In this document: positions 23,020 through 33,742 of the stretch, one piece after another
Layout of the letters: the number at the start of each line of letters is the position of its first letter
How positions within the stretch are numbered: position 1 is the stretch's first letter
Source: an uncultured delta proteobacterium
Lineage (GTDB): Bacteria; Desulfobacterota; Binatia; Bin18
Assembly: GCA_963733195.1 (NCBI GenBank)
Contig: CAVTCR010000065.1
Coordinates: 32,001-96,000, forward strand
Reading direction: 5' to 3'
DNA length: 64,000 nucleotides
Program-made: the position numbers and the translations under genes
Notes under the pieces: generated by a model
Databases searched by the model: none
What the model was told of the DNA's origin: nothing
The model's input: only the letters and a program-made list of their open reading frames with translations

Positions 23020-24993
23020 ATGACACTGGTGATCGTCGCCCTGATGGTCTTCGGCTTCGCTGGTGTTGGTTCCTTGTGTTGCGGAGCCTCGGCACGGTGG
23101 GCAACGATGGTGGGGGCCGGTGGTGCGATCGTCGGCAGTATACTGGGGCTCATCCCTGTCGTGCCCGTTCTGCTTGGCGCGTCTCCTCTTTTTTTGCACC
23201 TGCCGTGGGAGGTGCCGTATGGCTCCTTCATGATTGCGCTTGATGCGCTGTCTGCGTTTTTCTTGCTGCCGATTTTCATCCTGTCCGGTGTCGCCGCGCT
23301 CTATGGCAGTGAGTATCTCCAAATCTACTGGGAGCGGAAATCCCTCGGCTCCTCGTGGTTCTTCTTCAACCTTCTGGTCGCCAGTATGACGTTGGTGGTC
23401 ATTGCGCGGAATGGCGTCTTGTTTCTGGTGGCCTGGGAAGTGATGGCGCTCGCCTCTTTCTTCTTGGTGACATTTGAAGATGAACACGAACAGGTGCGCG
23501 AAGCTGGTTGGGTCTATCTCGTGGCGACCCATCTCGGCACGGCTTTTCTGCTCGTCCTCTTCGTTCTGCTCGGCCATGAGCATGGTTCGCTTGATTTCGA
23601 CCAGTTCACCGCATCCGCTGGCGCGGATGCGGTGTTTCTCCTTGCGGTGATTGGTTTTGGCGCTAAGGCGGGCTTTATGCCGCTCCATGTGTGGCTGCCA
23701 GAGGCGCATCCCGCGGCGCCGACCCACGTCTCTGCGTTGATGTCCGGTGTCATGATCAAGACGGGCATTTATGGGCTTGTCCGTATACTCACCTTCCTCG
23801 GACCACCGCCGTTGTGGTGGGGATGGGTGCTCTGCGGCATTGGTCTCTCATCGGGCGTCCTTGGTGTGCTGTACGCGCTAGCCCAACATGACCTCAAGCG
23901 TTTGCTGGCGTACCATAGCGTGGAAAACATCGGCATTATCGCGCTAGGTCTTGGGGTAGGGCTTATTGGTCTTAGCAGTGGATCTTCTACCCTGGCGGTG
24001 CTTGGGTTCGCCGGTGGATTGCTCCACGTGCTGAATCACGCCTTGTTTAAGGGACTCCTCTTCCTGGGCGCCGGCGCAGTTATGCATGGTGCAGGTACGC
24101 GGGAGATTGACCATCTCGGTGGTCTCCTCAAACGGATGCCCTGGACAGGGTTGTCCTTCCTTATCGGTGCGGTTGCCATCTCAGGATTGCCGCCGCTCAA
24201 CGGGTTCGTGAGCGAGTTGCTCATCTATGTCAGCGCCTTTCAGGGGGCAACCACACTTGAGAACACAGCGGCTGTTCCTGCGCTTGCAGTGATCGCGGGA
24301 CTCGCTCTTATTGGAGGTCTCGCTGCCGCCTGTTTTGCCAAAGCCTTTGGCATCGTCTTTCTTGGCGAGCCTCGCAGTGACCACGCCGCGCACGCCCACG
24401 AGGCTGGCATGGCTGTACGACTGTCGTTGTTGGTGCTCGCGGCGAGTTGTGTGCTGATTGGGCTCTGTGCGCCGTGGGTCGTAGAGGCGCTGGCTCCCGC
24501 GCTCACGAACGCAACCGGTCTGCCGGCAGACAGTGTGAATACCTTACTGATGTCTGTGCGCAGCACTTTCTCCGCGACTGTCTTAGCCAGCCTAGTGCTG
24601 CTGGTGTTGCTGGCGCTGCTGGCCAGCCTCCGTCACCGCTTGCTCGTGCGACGATCGGTAGAGGAGCACGTCACCTGGGATTGCGGGTATGCTCGTCCCA
24701 CCTCGCGTATGCAGTACACGGCGTCGTCTTTTGCCCAACCGTTGACGAGCCTGTTCCGTTTTTTGCTCCGCACGCGTTTCCATCACGTCATGATGCCAGG
24801 TCTGTTTCCGCGCGCGGCGTCCCTGACGACGGAGACGGAGGATCTCTCGCGCGTACGTCTGTACCAGCCGCTGTTCATCAGTATTGGGCGCGGTCTGTCC
24901 TCGTTGCGGTGGGTACAACATGGACAAGTACATCTGTACGTGTTGTACATCGCGCTCACCCTTCTCGTGCTGTTGGTGTGGAAATTAGGCTGA
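23020..24993 (+). CDS. hyfB: Ehr/hydrogenase-4 antiporter-like membrane subunit (HyfB-like)
   Basis: FLVAWEVM, KAGFMPLHVWLPEAHPAAP, KRLLAYHSVENIG, LNHALFKGLLF, TWDCGY..RMQYTASSF. Confidence 0.9.
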   Translation: MTLVIVALMVFGFAGVGSLCCGASARWATMVGAGGAIVGSILGLIPVVPVLLGASPLFLHLPWEVPYGSFMIALDALSAFFLLPIFILSGVAALYGSEYLQIYWERKSLGSSWFFFNLLVASMTLVVIARNGVLFLVAWEVMALASFFLVTFEDEHEQVREAGWVYLVATHLGTAFLLVLFVLLGHEHGSLDFDQFTASAGADAVFLLAVIGFGAKAGFMPLHVWLPEAHPAAPTHVSALMSGVMIKTGIYGLVRILTFLGPPPLWWGWVLCGIGLSSGVLGVLYALAQHDLKRLLAYHSVENIGIIALGLGVGLIGLSSGSSTLAVLGFAGGLLHVLNHALFKGLLFLGAGAVMHGAGTREIDHLGGLLKRMPWTGLSFLIGAVAISGLPPLNGFVSELLIYVSAFQGATTLENTAAVPALAVIAGLALIGGLAAACFAKAFGIVFLGEPRSDHAAHAHEAGMAVRLSLLVLAASCVLIGLCAPWVVEALAPALTNATGLPADSVNTLLMSVRSTFSATVLASLVLLVLLALLASLRHRLLVRRSVEEHVTWDCGYARPTSRMQYTASSFAQPLTSLFRFLLRTRFHHVMMPGLFPRAASLTTETEDLSRVRLYQPLFISIGRGLSSLRWVQHGQVHLYVLYIALTLLVLLVWKLG

Positions 24994-24997
24994 CGCC

Positions 24998-25909
24998 ATG
25001 TTAATTGCACGACTTCTCCTTCCACTGCTCGCCCTTGTCTTTGCTCCACTGTTGCTGGGAATTATCAGTCGCACGAAGGCGGTCGTTGCTGGCCGTGTAG
25101 GACAACCGCTCCTGCAACCGTATTACGATATATGGAAGCTCTTACAGAAAGGCGCGGTGTACAGCAGTACGACCACCTGGGTGTTCCGTGCGGGACCGAT
25201 GGTCGGCTTGAGCACCATTCTAGTGGCGCTGGCGCTTCTCCCATTCGGTGGGATCCCAGCGCTCCTTGCATTTCCTGGAGATCTCGTCTTGTTTGCCTAC
25301 CTGCTTGGGCTCATGCGCTTTTTCACTGTTCTGGCGGCGCTGGATACCGGCTCCAGTTTCGAGGGTATGGGGGCAAGCCGAGAAGTGACCTTCTCGGCAC
25401 TAGCTGAGCCTGCTCTCTTCTTAGGACTCGCGGCACTCGCACGACAGACCGGAACCTTTTCCCTGTCATCGATGTTTGAGAACGTCACGATCGAAAGCTG
25501 GGCGCAGGCTGGTCCGGCGTTCGTCTTGCTCGCGGCGGCATTCTTGATGGTGTTCTTGACCGAGAATGCGCGCATTCCGGTTGATGATCCAACCACACAT
25601 CTGGAACTCACTATGATCCACGAAGTGATGGTATTAGATCATAGCGGCCCGGACTTTGCCTTCATTCTGTACAGTAGCGCGTTGAAACTGTGGCTACTGG
25701 GAACACTCGTAGTGAGCATTCTTGTGCCTGTGCACCAGAGTGCGGTGTGGCTAAACATTGCCGCGGCGCTGGCAGGAATGGTCGGACTTGCCGTGCTCAC
25801 TGGTCTCATTGAGTCGGCAATGGCGCGGCTGCGACTGCTCCATGTCCCACAACTGCTGGTTGGCGCGAGTGTGCTTGCGATCTTAGCGCTCGTGCTGGTC
25901 TTGAGGTGA
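24998..25909 (+). CDS. hyfC: Ehr NuoH-like membrane subunit (HyfC-like)
   Basis: GRVGQPLLQPYYDIWKLLQK, GSSFEGMGASRE, ENARIPVDDPTTHLELTMIHEVM. Confidence 0.9.
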   Translation: MLIARLLLPLLALVFAPLLLGIISRTKAVVAGRVGQPLLQPYYDIWKLLQKGAVYSSTTTWVFRAGPMVGLSTILVALALLPFGGIPALLAFPGDLVLFAYLLGLMRFFTVLAALDTGSSFEGMGASREVTFSALAEPALFLGLAALARQTGTFSLSSMFENVTIESWAQAGPAFVLLAAAFLMVFLTENARIPVDDPTTHLELTMIHEVMVLDHSGPDFAFILYSSALKLWLLGTLVVSILVPVHQSAVWLNIAAALAGMVGLAVLTGLIESAMARLRLLHVPQLLVGASVLAILALVLVLR

Positions 25910-25913
25910 TCGG

Positions 25914-26558
25914 GTGCTACTCGGGATTGATGCAATTCTGGTCGTTGTTGTCTTGACAAACTTACTGGTGCTGGGCTCCAGTCGCTTAGCAACCTGCATC
26001 CGCAGCGTGGCCCTCCAGGGTGTCCTGCTCGGGGTGATGACGTTCGTGGCGCACGACAGCGCCTCTCCGCTGCGGACCACCATCTTGGCGATCGCGAGTA
26101 TCAGCATAAAGGGCATTGCCTTCCCGGCGTTGTTATTTCGTGCACTTCGCGAGGCGGAAATCCGGCGAGAGATTGAACCGTACGTGGGTTACAATCTCTC
26201 CATTCTCATTGGCTTGGCGATGTTGCTGTTCTCGCTGTGGCTGAGTGAGCGGCTGCCGTTGCCGCAGGTGCCTATCTCGTCCCTGATTGTTCCAGTTGCC
26301 CTGTGTACGAGTTTGATCGGCCTCTTCGTCATTATCAGCCGGAAAAAAGCGATCACCCAGGTCCTGGGCTATCTCGTGCTTGAGAATGGCATCTATGCCT
26401 TTGGCGTCGGTGTGGTGCCGCACTCTCCGCTGTTGGTCGAACTCGGTGTGCTCCTTGATGTTTTTGTCGCCGTTTTCGTTATGGGGATCACGATTTTCCA
26501 CATCAGCCGACAGTTCGACCACATCGATACCGACCGGATGGTACTCCTCAAGGATTGA
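25914..26558 (+). CDS. hyfE: Ehr membrane subunit (HyfE-like)
   Basis: ALQGVLL, RREIEPY, QVLGYLVLENGI, VELGVLLDVF. Confidence 0.88.
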   Translation: MLLGIDAILVVVVLTNLLVLGSSRLATCIRSVALQGVLLGVMTFVAHDSASPLRTTILAIASISIKGIAFPALLFRALREAEIRREIEPYVGYNLSILIGLAMLLFSLWLSERLPLPQVPISSLIVPVALCTSLIGLFVIISRKKAITQVLGYLVLENGIYAFGVGVVPHSPLLVELGVLLDVFVAVFVMGITIFHISRQFDHIDTDRMVLLKD

Positions 26559-26563
26559 CTGCT

Positions 26564-28036
26564 ATGTTGCTTGGGCTTTTACTTACTCCTACTGTCGCTG
26601 GCCTCCTCGCCTTCGCCATTCGCCCCGATGGGCTGCGCCGTGGGCTGCTCTTCATCACGGCGTTGTTGCACACCGGCCTTCTTATCGCGGCCTGGATGAC
26701 ACCGCCAGCACCACTGTTGGGTGGGTGGTTGTGGCTCGATGCCGTCGGTCGAGTGTTCCTTGGTATTACGAGTGTCTTGTTCTTCACGGTCGCAGTGTAC
26801 GGACTGTCCTATCTGCAACGCGAGCATCAAACGACCCATGCGGACTTTGAAGAAGGGTTTCTTTTTGTTGACGCACCAGAGGCGCGCTTCACTGGGTGTT
26901 TGCTGCTCTTCCTGGCAGCTATGACCTTAGTCACAGTGAGTCAACACTTCGGCATTCTCTGGGTTGCCATTGAAGCGACGACGCTGGCGAGCGCGCCGCT
27001 GATTTTCTTTCATCGCCATCATCGGTCGCTGGAGGCGACGTGGAAATATCTGCTGATCTGTTCTGTGGGGATCGCGCTGGCGCTGCTCGGCACCTTTTTT
27101 CTCGCCATCGCCGCGACGCAAGCTGACGGATCGATGTTACCTCTTGCCGTTCCTACGCTGGTACAGGAAGCTGCGCGGCTCCACGATACCTGGTTGGCAG
27201 CCGCGTTTTTGCTCTTGCTGGTCGGCTATGGCACCAAGATGGGTCTTGCGCCGCTACACACCTGGTTGCCAGACGCCCATAGTGAAGCACCCTCGCATGG
27301 TCTCGGCACTGCTCTCTGGCACGCTCTTGAACTGTGCCTTTCTGGGTCTCTTCCGGGTACAGCAGGTGTGCGCTGCTGCTGGCGCTGCTGCATTTGGTCA
27401 AGAACTCTTCATCGGATTTGGTCTACTGTCGATGGCTCGTCGCCGCCGTATTTCTCCAAGGACAAACGGACTATAAACGGTTACTGGCCTACTCAAGTGT
27501 GGAACATATGGGGATCTTGGCATTGGGTGTTGGTCTCGGCGGTAGTGGGACGTTTGGGGCGTTGCTGCACGCCGTTAATCACTCATTAACCAAAGCGATG
27601 CTCTTTCTGGTGGCAGGGAATATTTTGACAGCCTATAAGTCAAAGTCGACGGCTGACGTCCGTGGGGTACTGCGGGTATTACCCATCTCCGGCGTGTTGT
27701 GGGTCGCTGGGTTTCTCGCCATTACTGGCTCGCCTCCCTTCGGTCCATTCCTCAGCGAGTTCACCATCCTGAAAGCCGCATTGGATCAAGGACGAAATGG
27801 GGTCGCGTTCGTCTATCTGCTTCTCTTAGCTGCAATTTTCGTCGGTATGGCCTCGGCAGTGCTCGGGATGGCCCAGGGAACTCCTGGGACAACTGCGGTC
27901 ACGATCAGGTTACTCTGAGTCAGCGCTGACCATCGTGTCACCCGCTGTTTTGGGAACTCTCGTTCTTATTCTTGGACTCTATCTCCCACCACCGTTACGA
28001 GAGACCCTTGAAGAGGCGGCCCGAATGTTGAGGTAA
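26564..28036 (+). CDS. hyfF: Ehr antiporter-like subunit (HyfF-like), frameshifted
   Basis: WVAIEATTLAS, SLEATWKYLLICSVG, GYGTKMGLAPLHTWLPDAHSEAP, KRLLAYSSVEHMG, GSPPFGPFLSEF. Confidence 0.88.
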
Positions 28037-29558
28037 TGAGTATGGTATCCACACGTGAGATGCGGCCAAATGAACTCATTCCTCTGCGAGAGGTTCCACT
28101 CCTCACCATGAGTGAATTCCGTACAACAGTGCTTACTGGTGTGGCGGCTGGTGCCCGGCTGGCTGCGCTCTTCGGGCGACCGCTCGAACGTGACACGGTG
28201 CAACTCATGGCGGTGCTTGCGGACGGGCATACTGGCAGTTTGGCTGTGTTCGCAACGGTCGTAGGTGATGCCTATCCTGCGCTGACGCCAGAGTGTCCGC
28301 AGGCGCACTGGTTTGAACGGGAAATCGCCGAACAGTGGGGGGTGCGACCAGAAGGACATCCGTGGCTCAAACCGATCCGTTTTCATAGATCATATCGGCC
28401 TGGCATGAGGTCTGGCCTGAAAGGAGATGGAACGCAGTTACCAAGTGTCACCGATTTTTTCCAGGTGCAAGGTGAAGAGGTGCATGAAGTTGCGTCGGCC
28501 CGGTGCATGCTGGCATTATCGAACCCGGTCATTTTCGCTTTCAGTGTCACGGCGAGCAAGTGTTCCACCTGGAAATCTCCCTTGGCTATCAACATCGTGG
28601 GGTAGAACGGGTGCTGGTCGGTGGACCAGGAAAACGCACGATCCACCACATGGAAACCCTGGCGGGTGATACCTCGGTCGGTCATGCTACTGCATACTGC
28701 CAAGTTACTTGAGACATTTGCGCGATGCTCGTGTGCCCGCCCGCGCCCAAGCATTGCGAGGGATCGCGCTAGAACTGGAACGGCTCGCCAATCACACCGG
28801 TGATCTGGGCGCACTGGCGGGCGATGTTGGGTATCTGCCAACGGCTTCCTACTGTGGCCGCATTCGTGGCGACTTTCTCAATATGACGGCACTCATCTGT
28901 GGGAGTCGTTTTGGACGAGGCCTCATCCGACCAGGTGGGGTCGGGTTCGATGTCGACGGGCACGTGTCGACCAGTTACTGAGTCCGTCTGGAAAGCGCAT
29001 TCGATGATGTCACGAACGCCGTCAACTTGCTGTGGGACACGTCCTCTGTGCAGGCGCGGTTTGCGGAGACCGGGGTCATCACTCGTGACAACTGCGAGGC
29101 GTTTGGACTCGTGGGACCCGCAGCCCGAGCCTGTGGCGTGGAACGAGATGCGCGTCATGAATTCCCCGCGGGTATCTTTCAGTTTGCCCACATCCCGGTC
29201 TCCACGTGGCATAGTGGCGATGTCTTCGCCCGCGCCTATGTGCGGTGGTTGGAAATCCAGCGTTCCATTGCTTTTGTCGGTGAACAACTGTCGGCGCTAC
29301 CTGACGGACCGTGTCGGACTACGCCTGAGGGACTCGCTCCGGACCATCTTGTTGTCTCCTTGGTCGAAGGCTGGCGCGGGGAAATCTGCCATGTCGCAGG
29401 AACGGATAGCTGAGGGGCGTTTTGCCTTCTATAAAGTCATCGATCCCTCGTTTCACAATTGGATGGGGCTGGCGATGGCGCTGCGCAATCAGCAGATTTC
29501 GGATTTTCCGTTGTGTAACAAGAGTTTCAATCTATCCTATTGCGGACACGATTTATAA
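28036..29558 (+). CDS. hyfG: Ehr large subunit (NuoC+D/HyfG-like) lacking Ni-binding CxxC motifs; several frameshifts
   Basis: WFEREIAEQWG, HAGIIEPGHFRF, LGYQHRGVE, ETLAGDTSVGH in place of RxCGxC, LELERLANHTGD, VEGWRGE, SDFPLCNKSFNLSYCGHDL. Confidence 0.87.
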
Positions 29559-29570
29559 GGCACCGTTTTT

Positions 29571-30378
29571 ATGTTGAACCTCCTCCGTGCGCGCTCCAGC
29601 AAGGACATCGACACTATCGATATCCACGAGCACTCACGGGTACTGCCGGACCGGTTTCGTGGCCGGCCAGAGATCGATGCGACGCTGCGTGCTCAGGAGT
29701 GCCGCGTGTGTGTGGACGCCTGTCCGACTGACGCGATCGACACGAGACACACATGGATGGCGGCTGGATCTGGGGCGCTGTCTATTCTGCACGGACATGT
29801 GAAGAGGCGTGCCCGACCGACGCCATTCATTTCACCCAGGATCATCGACTGGGCACGAGAACACGGGATGATCCTGATTATGCGCACTTCTGCGCTCCCG
29901 CTGGCGCAAGCGCTTGAGGAGACAGACGCGTCGCCTGTTTGGTCGCTCGCTCAAGCTGCGCCAAGTCAGCGCTGGCGGCTGCAACGCCTGCGAGGCGGAT
30001 GTCAATGTGCTCAATACGGTGGTGTTCGATCTGGGGCGCTTCGGCATCCAGTTTGTGGCTTCTCCTCGGCACGCTGATGGATTGCTGATCACGGGACCCG
30101 TGACCGAAAATATGCGCCTCGCCCTGCAGAAGACGTACGATGCGGTTCCTGCGCCGAAGATCGTCATTGCGGTGGGTGCTTGCGCTATTTCCGGTGGTCC
30201 GTTTCGTGATCATCCGGAAGTCCACAACGGAGCTGACGCGGTGGTCCCGGTCGATCTGTACGTGCCCGGCTGTCCACCGCATCCAGTCACGATTCTCGAT
30301 GCGCTCTTACGACTACTGGGAAGAATACCCAACGAGCGTCTGCCCTTCGGCGCCGTAACGGGGAGAATCCATGAGTGA
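29571..30378 (+). CDS. hyfI: Ehr small subunit: ferredoxin domain fused to NuoB/HyfI-like domain, frameshifted
   Basis: CRVCVDACPTDAI, DLGRCLFCT; SAGGCNACEAD, SPRHADGLLITGPV, VGACAISGG, VPGCPPHP. Confidence 0.87.
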
Positions 30379-31431
30379 TGACGAAATGCGCGGTGCACAG
30401 AAACCTCGGCATAGTGACGTTCGATCAGTGAGCCGTTCCCGACCGGCGTACTCGCCTTCGGTGGGGCGGTCATTCGCTCGACCCTCATGCGTGAAGTGCT
30501 CGACCTTGTAGTGCGCATCGCGCCGTCAGACGCGAGCGTCTTGCTGACCGGGGAAAGCGGCGTAGGGAAAGAGGTGGTCGCGCGGGCGATTCATCAACTG
30601 AGTCCACGGGCGTCCCACGAGTTTGTCGCCATCAACTGCGCCTCGCTCTCGGGGGAAACCTTGGAGAACGAACTTTTCGGCCATGAAAAAGGAGCGTTTA
30701 CCAGCGCCGATGAGCGGAAGGTCGGCGTGTTTGAACTGGCCGACAGCGGCACGCTCTTTCTTGATGAAGTCAATGAGATGGGGGCTGCCTGTCAGGCAAA
30801 AGTGCTGCGAGCCCTAGAGCGGCGAGAATTTCGCCGCCTAGGCGGCACCCGGAAAATCAAAGTCGACGTGCGCCTCGTGACCGCCGCCAATGTGGACTTA
30901 CACGAGGCGGTGCGGACGCGCCGGTTTCGCGAAGATCTCTTCTATCGGCTGAACGTAGTGCATATCCACATTCCCCCGTTGCGCGAACGGCGGGAGGCAA
31001 TCGCGCTCATGACGCAGCAGTTTCTGCAGGAATTCTGCGAGAAATATCACAAGCGGGGACGTCACTTCACGGACGACGTCGTAGAACGCTTCGTCCAATA
31101 CCCCTGGCCAGGCAACGTGCGCGAGTTGCGCAATGTGATCGAGAGTCTGGTGCTCACCACGCGCGGGGAGCAGATTGGGCCCAAAGATCTGCCTGCGAAT
31201 ATTCGCGCGGTGGCGCCGTCGCGCGAAATCCACCTGCCGATTGGGGTGACGCTCCAAGATGCTGAGAAGGAAATTTTGCGCTGTTATCTTGAGATCTATC
31301 CCACGCGGAAGGAAGTGGCGCGGGTGCTCAATATTGGCCTGCGCACTTTGCACGCCAAGATCAAAGCCTATGGCCTTCCTCTCCGCCGCGCTGGTAACGA
31401 AGCATCCTCACGTGCCAAATCGGCACGTTGA
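30371..31431 (+). CDS. Sigma54 enhancer-binding protein without a sensory domain (AAA+ plus HTH); start 30371 via frameshift, or 30487
   Basis: [63 protein letters not shown]; no room for a receiver/GAF domain after hyfI. Confidence 0.9.
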
Positions 31432-31511
31432 ACGGCTCCTATTTCTACAAAACGTGCCAAATCGGCATGTTTTTACAAGTACTGAAAGGCAAACCTGCCA
31501 TTTTGGCACAT
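31410..31511. promoter_or_regulatory. Three TGCC-N5-GGCA palindromes (putative activator binding sites)
   Basis: acgtgccaaatcggcacgt, acgtgccaaatcggcatgt, acctgccattttggcacat; TGCC at 31413, 31455, 31496. Confidence 0.7.
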
Positions 31512-31594
31512 TGTTGGCCTCAGCTCAGCGGCAGCGCCGATAGCGAGCGGCTAACCGAATAAACTTTTCGCAGCATTGTCATATCCTGACCGCA

Positions 31595-31610
31595 CGGCAT
31601 TTCTTTTGCT
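31595..31610 (+). promoter_or_regulatory. Putative sigma54 -24/-12 promoter
   Basis: CGGCATTTCTTTTGCT (GG-N10-GC), about 90 bp downstream of the palindromes. Confidence 0.6.
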
Positions 31611-31966
31611 CTACCCATTACCCATGAGTGAGGACGGCGACGAATCGCATCGGTATCGTGGCAAGGAGGGGGCTCAGCGTCGGTTCCTGTTCTCCTGTAA
31701 TGAGTGACGAACGCCGAAAACACGCTGAGAGGCATCCCTGGACTGCATCGCCATACTGATAGTAGAGGCAGAAGGGATGAGGGTACGATGCCGATCGGAT
31801 TCTACTGTGGGTGCTGTCCTCACAAGATGGGAGCAGGTGGGTACAGCTAGTTCGCTCGGTCTCCCTCGCGGTACCTGCCACCCCCTACCCACTCGTGCAG
31901 GAGAGACAACGCCCCGTCTTCTCTGGGACAGGGTGCCAGGAGGAGAGGGTCCGACGGCAGGTGAAG

Positions 31967-32721
31967 ATGCGCATTGCAGAAACGAGTGACCATGCCACGA
32001 ACATCCGTGCGACAGGAGCCATCACTGCTGCGCCCATGACACCGGGCGGCGCGTGGGCCGACGACGGGCCGGCGTTGCTGCGCCTCTGGCCATGTGGCTC
32101 GACCTCACGCTGCTCAATCGCACGGGACTCACCCAGGTGTTGGAGCGCTATGCGCTGCCGCTGGAGGTGACCACGTACTTTCAGCTCAAGTTTCAATCAC
32201 CAAAAGTGATTGCGGTGGATCGTGCCGTGTTTCTGGTCACCGCTGTCGTTGCACCGTCGCCGCGCCAGCTCTTTGTTCTCCATGAGCTGAAGCTCTGTGT
32301 CACGCCGACCCTGGTTGCCGGGCTCTATGCGCATGTCCTACGTACCCAGTCGCCGATCGGGTCGATTCTCAGTCAACCTGTAGACTTGTCATCAGGAGGG
32401 GTGGCTCGATTTGTGTGGGAGGTGCTGGACGGCGTCGTGGCGTCATACGAGGCTGTGGCCACAACGATCTCCAACCATGGACTAGCGCGGAAAGGAACCG
32501 AGGACCTGGGCGTGTGGCAGCAACGCGTAGCGGCATTGGTGGAGGTGATCGGGCAGCAACAGGTGTTTCTCTACAACGTGGCGCGCGCAGGACGTAAGGT
32601 TGGCGTAGATGCACAGCAGGAGAAGCGCGCAGCGTTGGACACCCGTCTTGAGCGGCTGATGGGGATCATCAGTGATGTGAGGCAAACAGAACGGGATATG
32701 CTCCCGCGTTTCGACACGTGA
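31967..32721 (+). CDS. CorA/ZntB-like cytoplasmic domain without transmembrane helices; start uncertain
   Basis: MWLDL..LERYALP..QSPKVIAVDRAVFLV..ELKLCV..FVWEVLDGVVASY then helical stalk; stops with no GMN motif or TM helices. Confidence 0.55.
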
Positions 32722-32998
32722 AATCAACCAACGAGGAGCACACCAGTGAAAGCGTGGGCGGATGCGGTAGCGCGGTTGGACATCCAATGTACCGATTGCC
32801 GATCCGGATTGTGCGGAGCGAATCGCTTGTCTATGACGAGAAGCACCATATCGAACAGCATGTGACGCAGTACGCGTGAGGTCGTTGCGCGTGCGTAAAC
32901 GGGCACCACGCAAGCATGCTTACGGGTGGTGCGAGAGCGGTGGAGAGCGCGATCACGAAGAAAACACGGTTGTCATAAGCGGCAACGCAAGAGAGGGA

Positions 32999-33473
32999 GT
33001 GGAATCGTTATTGCAGCAGGTGGTGTACGTCAAAGAGTTGCTCGAACATGCGTTCGAGGAGTTTGCGCTGAAAGCGCATCATCACCGTGTCACCCTCCGT
33101 TTTATCGCTGGCTGAGACCTTGCCGACCATCATCGTGGATCGCATCCTTCTTATCCGGACACTCCACGTTGCTGATTGATCGCGCATTGGAGGTGACGGC
33201 AGTGGGTGGCGTCGTCGTCCGCGCGAAACGCACAGCGGGTGAGGTCGTGATTGGAGTTGATGATGGTGGGCCGTGGGTGTCGCCACGCGATGTCCCACGG
33301 CTCTTTCTCCCGGGCTCGGCAGAAACAGACCTGCTCGCGGCGGCTGACCTGGCGCGGCAGTTAGGTGGCAGGCTGAGTGCGTCAGGCGGACGGAAACAAC
33401 TCGGCCTACGGGTCAGGCTGCTCGTGCCAACTGCTGCCCGCGCGTGGCGCAGCGCCGGCACGAGAGAGCGTAG
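32999..33473 (+). CDS. Degenerate histidine-kinase-like ATPase (HATPase_c) domain, interrupted
   Basis: Joined frames: VYVKELLEHAFEEF..DLPTIIVDRILLIRTLHVLIDRALEVTAVGGVVV..VIGVDDGGPWVS..RLFLP..LARQLGGRL; N-box Asn replaced by Arg. Confidence 0.6.
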
Positions 33474-33546
33474 GCGATGCCGAAACGCAAGGACAATAAG
33501 TCGCCACGGTGACGCGCAGGCGAGAGACATGACCGCAAGAATGACC

Positions 33547-33735
33547 ATGCACTGGCTGGATGTGCTTTGCCAACATTGGGACCAGCTCTCTGAAGAGACC
33601 CGAGCGCAGGTCCAGCAGTATGACTTTTGGTGTCTGATAGCCGAGCAGCAGAGCAGGAACGAAGTCCCGGACCTCGCGCGTCAGCTTGAGGACACATTGC
33701 AACGACACGCCCGGACATTCGGGTGGAAACCATAA
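33547..33735 (+). CDS. 62-aa Trp-motif microprotein, paralog 1
   Basis: MHWLDVLCQHWDQLSEETRAQV...FGWKP; 25/62 gapless identity with 37416-37604. Confidence 0.75.
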   Translation: MHWLDVLCQHWDQLSEETRAQVQQYDFWCLIAEQQSRNEVPDLARQLEDTLQRHARTFGWKP

Positions 33736-33742
33736 GGACACA

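Noticed and set aside
28036-29558. [NiFe] hydrogenase or formate hydrogenlyase large subunit
   Set aside because: Both Ni-ligating CxxC motifs are absent
32926-33735. Single 269-aa fusion of HATPase-like domain and microprotein
   Set aside because: The N-terminus and linker look non-coding and the 37416 paralog stands alone with its own RBS; more likely an indel artefact, though not excluded
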